Assembly (NCBI RefSeq): GCF_001186125.1
Contig: NW_014039728.1
Coordinates: 1-39,545 of the forward strand
From: Sphaeroforma arctica JP610
Lineage: Eukaryota
Direction: 5' to 3'
DNA length: 39,545 nucleotides
Shown here: positions 34,201-39,545 of the stretch, in pieces
How positions within the stretch are numbered: position 1 is the stretch's first letter
How the letters are laid out: every line of letters begins with the position of its first letter
Notes under the pieces: generated by a model
The model's input: the letters and a program-made list of their open reading frames with translations, nothing else
Told to the model about the DNA's origin: nothing
Database searches by the model: none
Translations under genes and position numbers: made by a program

Positions 34201-36571
34201 CCCTTCTGAGGCCTTTCTTAACAAGGTCAAAGAATCAGAGATTCCACTCTCGACTAAATTGAACGTTAAGCAGTTCAAAGGCAACACAGCACTTGAAGTC
34301 TGTGCATAAGAAATACAACCTACTAATGACACTACAGTTAAGAAGCGTCAGTCTCTAGCTAGGACTCTATTTAATAACATAAAGTCCAAGCCCGAGGTCT
34401 TTCAACCCCAATTTTTAAAGGGATTAATGAAAGATAATCCTGAAGCATATACACATACAATGCGACTATTAAATAAGTCAAGTGTATCAAACGCACACGA
34501 GCGCACTTATGACACTCATGCGAAAGTAGGACAGGAGGCTGGAAACACTACAGACTTAGAGACCACGCAAGTGGATTCTCAACACCCTACCTTTATTCTG
34601 GAGGAGCAGAATGATAAAAACATTCTTGCTTGGCTGACGTAAAATCATATGCTGAAGCACCAGAACGTAGTAGACGCACTTGAAGATGCTAAGCGAAATG
34701 GGATCGCGCACCATAAGCTGGCAACTTTAGTTGACAGAGTATATCAGTCATGTACAGACTGTGATATCAACCAGATTTAGCGCTTTGAGTTCGCACCGCC
34801 TAAGAGTGTGACTGAAGATGTTTCAGGCGCAGGGTCATCATTGATCTGGTTGACCTGCCTACGTCCGATCACAGTATAACTTGCTCTATCCTTTAAAGGA
34901 CAAGAGTACGCAGACCGTGGCAGAATTATGTTGCCAAGTCTTTGCTGACCACGGGTGGCCAGGTATAATGTGCACTGATAACGGTAGCGAGTTCTGCGAT
35001 GACGTAATGGAATCGTTAGTACTCGTATCAGGCATGTGCCATAAAAGGGGTGTACCATATAAACCGCAAACACAAGGCGCGAATGAAACGCGCCATAGAA
35101 GACCTAAGTTCTTCTTACGTACTGTATTAACGGATGATGCAGATGATTGGCCGTACCACCTTAAGTGGGTACAAACACAGATGACCGAGTGTGCTGATCT
35201 GGTTACAGGTACAACACCCACTCACTATTTTCGTGGCAGATATAGTGAGTTACAGATACCTTTTAACAAGGACGAGCCTAATCACCATGAGTTACCATGG
35301 CTAGAGAAGGTACAACGTATTTATAACGTTGTATATCCTTGCTTGTGAGAAACACGCAATATTGCCTTTTTGAAAAGGCAAAATAGATGGAATGCTACCA
35401 AAAAGATAGCAGAGTATCAGGTTGGAGACAGAGTTAACATCCGTTAACGTAATTCCGATGCTACTGTATTAAAATCTAAATGGATAGGACCATATATAAT
35501 CTTTGTAGCTGACGTTAAAAGTGGTACCAATGTTGATAATAACCCCGACGGTTCCAGCGCTTTAAATATAGGCACTAGTCGGATTCCGACTACCGAGATT
35601 ATTCTCGCAAGAAGACATGACTCTAATGCCCCTCTGGATCGTTCTGGATTTAAAGACATTATATGGAGAACGGATAATGGAGGATATACATACTATCATA
35701 CACGCTTTATAGTCGGTACAATCACTGAGTTGACTCCAGATGNNNNNNNNNNNNNNNNNNNNNNNNNNNNNNNNNNNNNNNNNNNNNNNNNNNNNNNNNN
35801 NNNNNNNNNNNNNNNNNNNNNNNNNNNNNNNNNNNNNNNNNNNNNNNNNNNNNNNNNNNNNNNNNNNNNNNNNNNNNNNNNNNNNNNNNNNNNNNNNNNN
35901 NNNNNNNNNNNNNNNNNNNNNNNNNNNNNNNNNNNNNNNNNNNNNNNNNNNNNNNNNNNNNNNNNNNNNNNNNNNNNNNNNNNNNNNNNNNNNNNNNNNN
36001 NNNNNNNNNNNNNNNNNNNNNNNNNNNNNNNNNNNNNNNNNNNNNNNNNNNNNNNNNNNNNNNNNNNNNNNNNNNNNNNNNNNNNNNNNNNNNNNNNNNN
36101 NNNNNNNNNNNNNNNNNNNNNNNNNNNNNNNNNNNNNNNNNNNNNNNNNNNNNNNNNNNNNNNNNNNNNNNNNNNNNNNNNNNNNNNNNNNNNNNNNNNN
36201 NNNNNNNNNNNNNNNNNNNNNNNNNNNNNNNNNNNNNNNNNNNNNNNNNNNNNNNNNNNNNNNNNNNNNNNNNNNNNNNNNNNNNNNNNNNNNNNNNNNN
36301 NNNNNNNNNNNNNNNNNNNNNNNNNNNNNNNNNNNNNNNNNNNNNNNNNNNNNNNNNNNNNNNNNNNNNNNNNNNNNNNNNNNNNNNNNNNNNNNNNNNN
36401 NNNNNNNNNNNNNNNNNNNNNNNNNNNNNNNNNNNNNNNNNNCCTGAGAAACATTAACTATATGTTATGCTACTTAATGTTTTCGACACGTTTTTCCTTT
36501 CTCGCTTTTTGACCCATAATCAGCTTGAGTGAGCAACTTGCTTCTCCTGGGTCTCAACGCTGGGTGGGGGC

Positions 36572-37337
36572 TGCGTAAAAGCCGGGCCTCCACATTAGAC
36601 TCTTATGTTATAAACGTACTCTTAAGCAGTACGTAAATTATAAACGTACTCTTAATAGTACGAGGAACTTAAGTTTCCATGGTTTTTAACGGTTTTATTA
36701 ATTAATACTTTTTCCATTTTACATATCTGGATAAGGCCATTAAAAGGCCCCAGTAAAACACCAAACATAAGATTTGGTCTAGTTTTATTAATAGAACTAT
36801 ATTTACTTTCCAAATCTATTTATATCTGAATACTTCGGTAGCGAGATGGCTCAACCGAATATGGGTTTCTAGGGACTATTAGCGTTACCTAGTTTATCCT
36901 CCGTTTAGCCAACCAGATGGGCCAGTCTGATGAAGGCTAAGTCGGAAATTCTTGATAAGTGGCAAGTTATTGGTTAATGCATTAACTATGGACATCAGGA
37001 GTAATTTTTTTCTTTTTTTCTTCTTTTTTCTTCTTCTAAAGATAGGGTTTTATGAGTCTCTCGGATTCGCCCCAACGAAACATACTATAGTTTCTATTAG
37101 AGCGACAACGAATCACTAGATAAAATCCCTTCGGCGAAAACAGTACTGAGAGGATTATATATAGGCAATGTCTCAGCCTCACAATCCTTCAGAGTATTGC
37201 TGTTTTCACGAGGCATACCTAACTTTACTAAAGACTCATTTCGTATATTTATTTCGAATTCCACGATACTTAAGACATAACCTAAGCGTTTAATTACTCT
37301 AAGGCGTTAATATCGCCTTGATAGACCGAATCTTACA
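36572..37337 (+). repeat. Probable Gypsy-2 3' LTR
   Basis: Follows the G-rich tract GGGTGGGGG (36562-36570) and ends ACCGAATCTTACA, like the Gypsy-1 LTR end ACCGACTTTTACA. There is no partner LTR in the window, and linkage is across an N gap. Confidence 0.65.
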
Positions 37338-39159
37338 ATGATTGGTTCAAAATTTGAATCTATAGATTTACCAATCAATATAGTTCAAAAAATATATTTT
37401 AGTGGTTGAAAATTTGGATCTATAGATATGCCAATCAATATAGAATTGAAAACTAAGTTTATTGGTTAATAATTTAGATCCGTTGTACGATGACGAATAC
37501 ACAGTATATTCTTGATTCTGATTGGTTATTAGGAAACTGTCTGTTGTTTTGGCTAGTACAGTCACTGCAGTGTGTAGCACTTCACTTTCAGACTGTGGGG
37601 AAATTTGAGGTGGGTCACCAATTAGATTGGATAATTAATTTGCTACACAACACAAAAAACAATATATTTTGTCCTGTTTTGTCTTTGACAATAAAAAACA
37701 AATAATTGAAAAAACAAGGGTATGTAAAACACTAATAATGCTTGTCAAGGACAAATAAACTAGAGTAGGGTTCATAGTAGTAGGAGCAGAAGAGTAGAAC
37801 GAGTAGAAATAAGGTCTAAAACCCATTGTGCTGAACGAGCCCAATTTTTATATATAAGGAAATACTCTAAATGTACATGGCTTACATGGGATAGTCCCTA
37901 ATGTACATACAGATTTACGTGTACGTATTCCTTTCTCAGCCTTATTTCAAATAAAATTTAAAAAGCATAGCCTTTTAAATTATACAAGCCAAGGCACCCT
38001 TTGCGGGACTGGATTTTTTGGTTCCGGTACCGGCTAAAAAAATTGATGACGCGAATTTCAAAACTTGCTACTTGGTTAAATTGTTACCACCACACAAACA
38101 TACAATAAAGAAGGTCAATTTGGACAACAATATTCGTTTATTAGTGTGGCCTGTACTCGTTGCGTGGCCACGTGTTACCAACCTGTGCCTTAGAAATACA
38201 GTGTTAATCGGTCGCTAACGCAGCCACTATCACATCATATGCAACTCGTGCCAAGGGATCGAGGAGGGCCCGCGCGATGCTTTCTACTATTTCAATCTTC
38301 GATGCTAGAGCAAGTTCCAATTGAATGCAGTATCGTCTAGCATCATCCATGCTTAGTCCCAAGACACTTCCCAGGCCAACCTTCTGAAGAGCAGCAAGCA
38401 GAGTGCAACGCTGCCTCGACTGATTCACAGTACCACCAAGTGGCGCCTCCAGTCCATATACCGCTGTTCTCCGATGTAAACATCGTCCCCTCCGAGCAGG
38501 TAAGAGAGGTAGGCTGCCTTTTTTCTTTGCTAGTTTTGACCATACTAAGGATAAATACGGTGGCTGCGTGTTTTCTACTAAGCAGCATAGACATTTTTTA
38601 CAGGCAATGTTATCCTCGCAGGGTATAAGTGCTGTGAGCGATGGTGTGTATATGCGTAGTAAATTTTGTGTCGTTTATTATGTATACTGGGTATTTTCAA
38701 AGGTTAAAAATTTGTAAAATTTGAGGACTAATTAAAAACAACATTAAAGAGTCATTCTGATTGGATAACGAACAAGCATGGTGAGTTTTCGACACTTGAC
38801 ATCTGATGTTTTTTTGTTTTGTGTTCGAATGAATATACACAAAAAACACAAAATGACAAGAGTATACAAAAAAAATTAAAAATTACAAATATAACTAAAT
38901 TTGTACTACGTAGTATGTATATGTACTAGTTTTAGACTTATTTAGTACTTAAGAAGTAGTGAGAGAGTTTCAAGGGTAGTGAGTACGTCGGGTCTACATA
39001 TACTATATGATGTGGCAATTAGAGAGAGGGATGAGAATGCAGGCGGGTCAATATCGAATGCACGATCGGATGGTGGTGGTGGTGCGCTTGGAGAGAGGGA
39101 TGAGAATGGGGGTGGTGCATCACGATCGAATGCACGATCGAATGCAGATGTAGCTCTCA

Positions 39160-39422
39160 GAGAGAGAGACTCAAGAGAAGAGAGAGAGACATACACACAC
39201 AGCATATTCCACACATACACAAAAAAGCGCACAGACAGAGAGAGAGAGAGACATATACAGCCCATGTCCCACTTACGTGTACACACGCACAGGCACGCAG
39301 AAAAAGCACACAACACACACATACAAAAATTTAGGGTTTCGCACAAAATACCCCACCATACACACAAGCATACACACACTACCTACCAAAACACAAATCA
39401 TACCATTCAGAAATACATACAC

Positions 39423-39454
<32 letters not shown>

Positions 39455-39456
39455 CT

Positions 39457-39502
<46 letters not shown>

Positions 39503-39545
39503 TATATATATATAGTATATATATATATATATAGTATATATATAT
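39160..39545. repeat. (GA)n/(CA)n/(TA)n microsatellite block
   Basis: Read directly. Confidence 0.9.

Larger units (their letters stand above)
31675..37337 (+). mobile_element. Gypsy-2: 5'-truncated Ty3/Gypsy element related to Gypsy-1; gag end - PR - RT - RNase H - Dam-like methyltransferase - integrase - chromodomain-like tail - (gap) - PPT - 3' LTR
   Basis: PR ALIDPGSEISCIS; RT IDLTQGYHQ, APFGL, YIDE (YxDD mutated), KCHF; RH IATDASD, NHLPDMLSR; INT CTDC, TDNGSEF, GANETRH. Many stops and frameshifts. Confidence 0.93.

Noticed and set aside
31675..35742. Classifying the MT-bearing element as DIRS
   Set aside because: It has an aspartic protease and an HHCC/DDE integrase, its relative has direct TG..CA LTRs, and no tyrosine recombinase is seen.
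35696..36512. Long ORFs of X residues
   Set aside because: Assembly gap of Ns.
38204..38628. Overlapping ORFs that could be a decayed gene on the minus strand
   Set aside because: No recognisable motif or consistent splice structure, so I cannot support a call.
38942..39200. ORFs with RERDEN / AFDR repeats
   Set aside because: Short internal repeats grading into microsatellite, with no family evidence.

Overview
Intron-rich, AT- and microsatellite-rich eukaryotic DNA. An opisthokont protist is my guess from gene content, but the sequence does not establish this. The first ~14 kb holds three spliced housekeeping genes: a Myb/SANT + MPN/JAMM deubiquitinase (MYSM1-like, +), mitochondrial TIM44 (-) and a two-RRM U2B''/U1A snRNP protein (+). 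There is also a probable MITE. From ~14.5 kb onward the window is a nest of decayed LTR retrotransposons: relic Gypsy fragments, a Ty1/Copia pol (-), a two-LTR chromovirus-like Ty3/Gypsy element with an internal deletion (Gypsy-1, +), and a 5'-truncated relative (Gypsy-2, +). The main result is that these DDE-integrase LTR elements carry a phage-Dam/DIRS-type DNA N6-adenine methyltransferase-like domain (DW..P..F...FGPHTIDMFA...N...NPPW). In the Gypsy family it lies between RNase H and integrase. A recognisably homologous, decayed copy sits inside the HHCC zinc finger of the Copia integrase, and a possible further relic lies at ~17.5-17.9 kb. The two Gypsy elements also share an atypical CX4CX16HX3C gag finger and an in-frame TGA at the same gag/pol position. 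All translations and alignments were done by eye.
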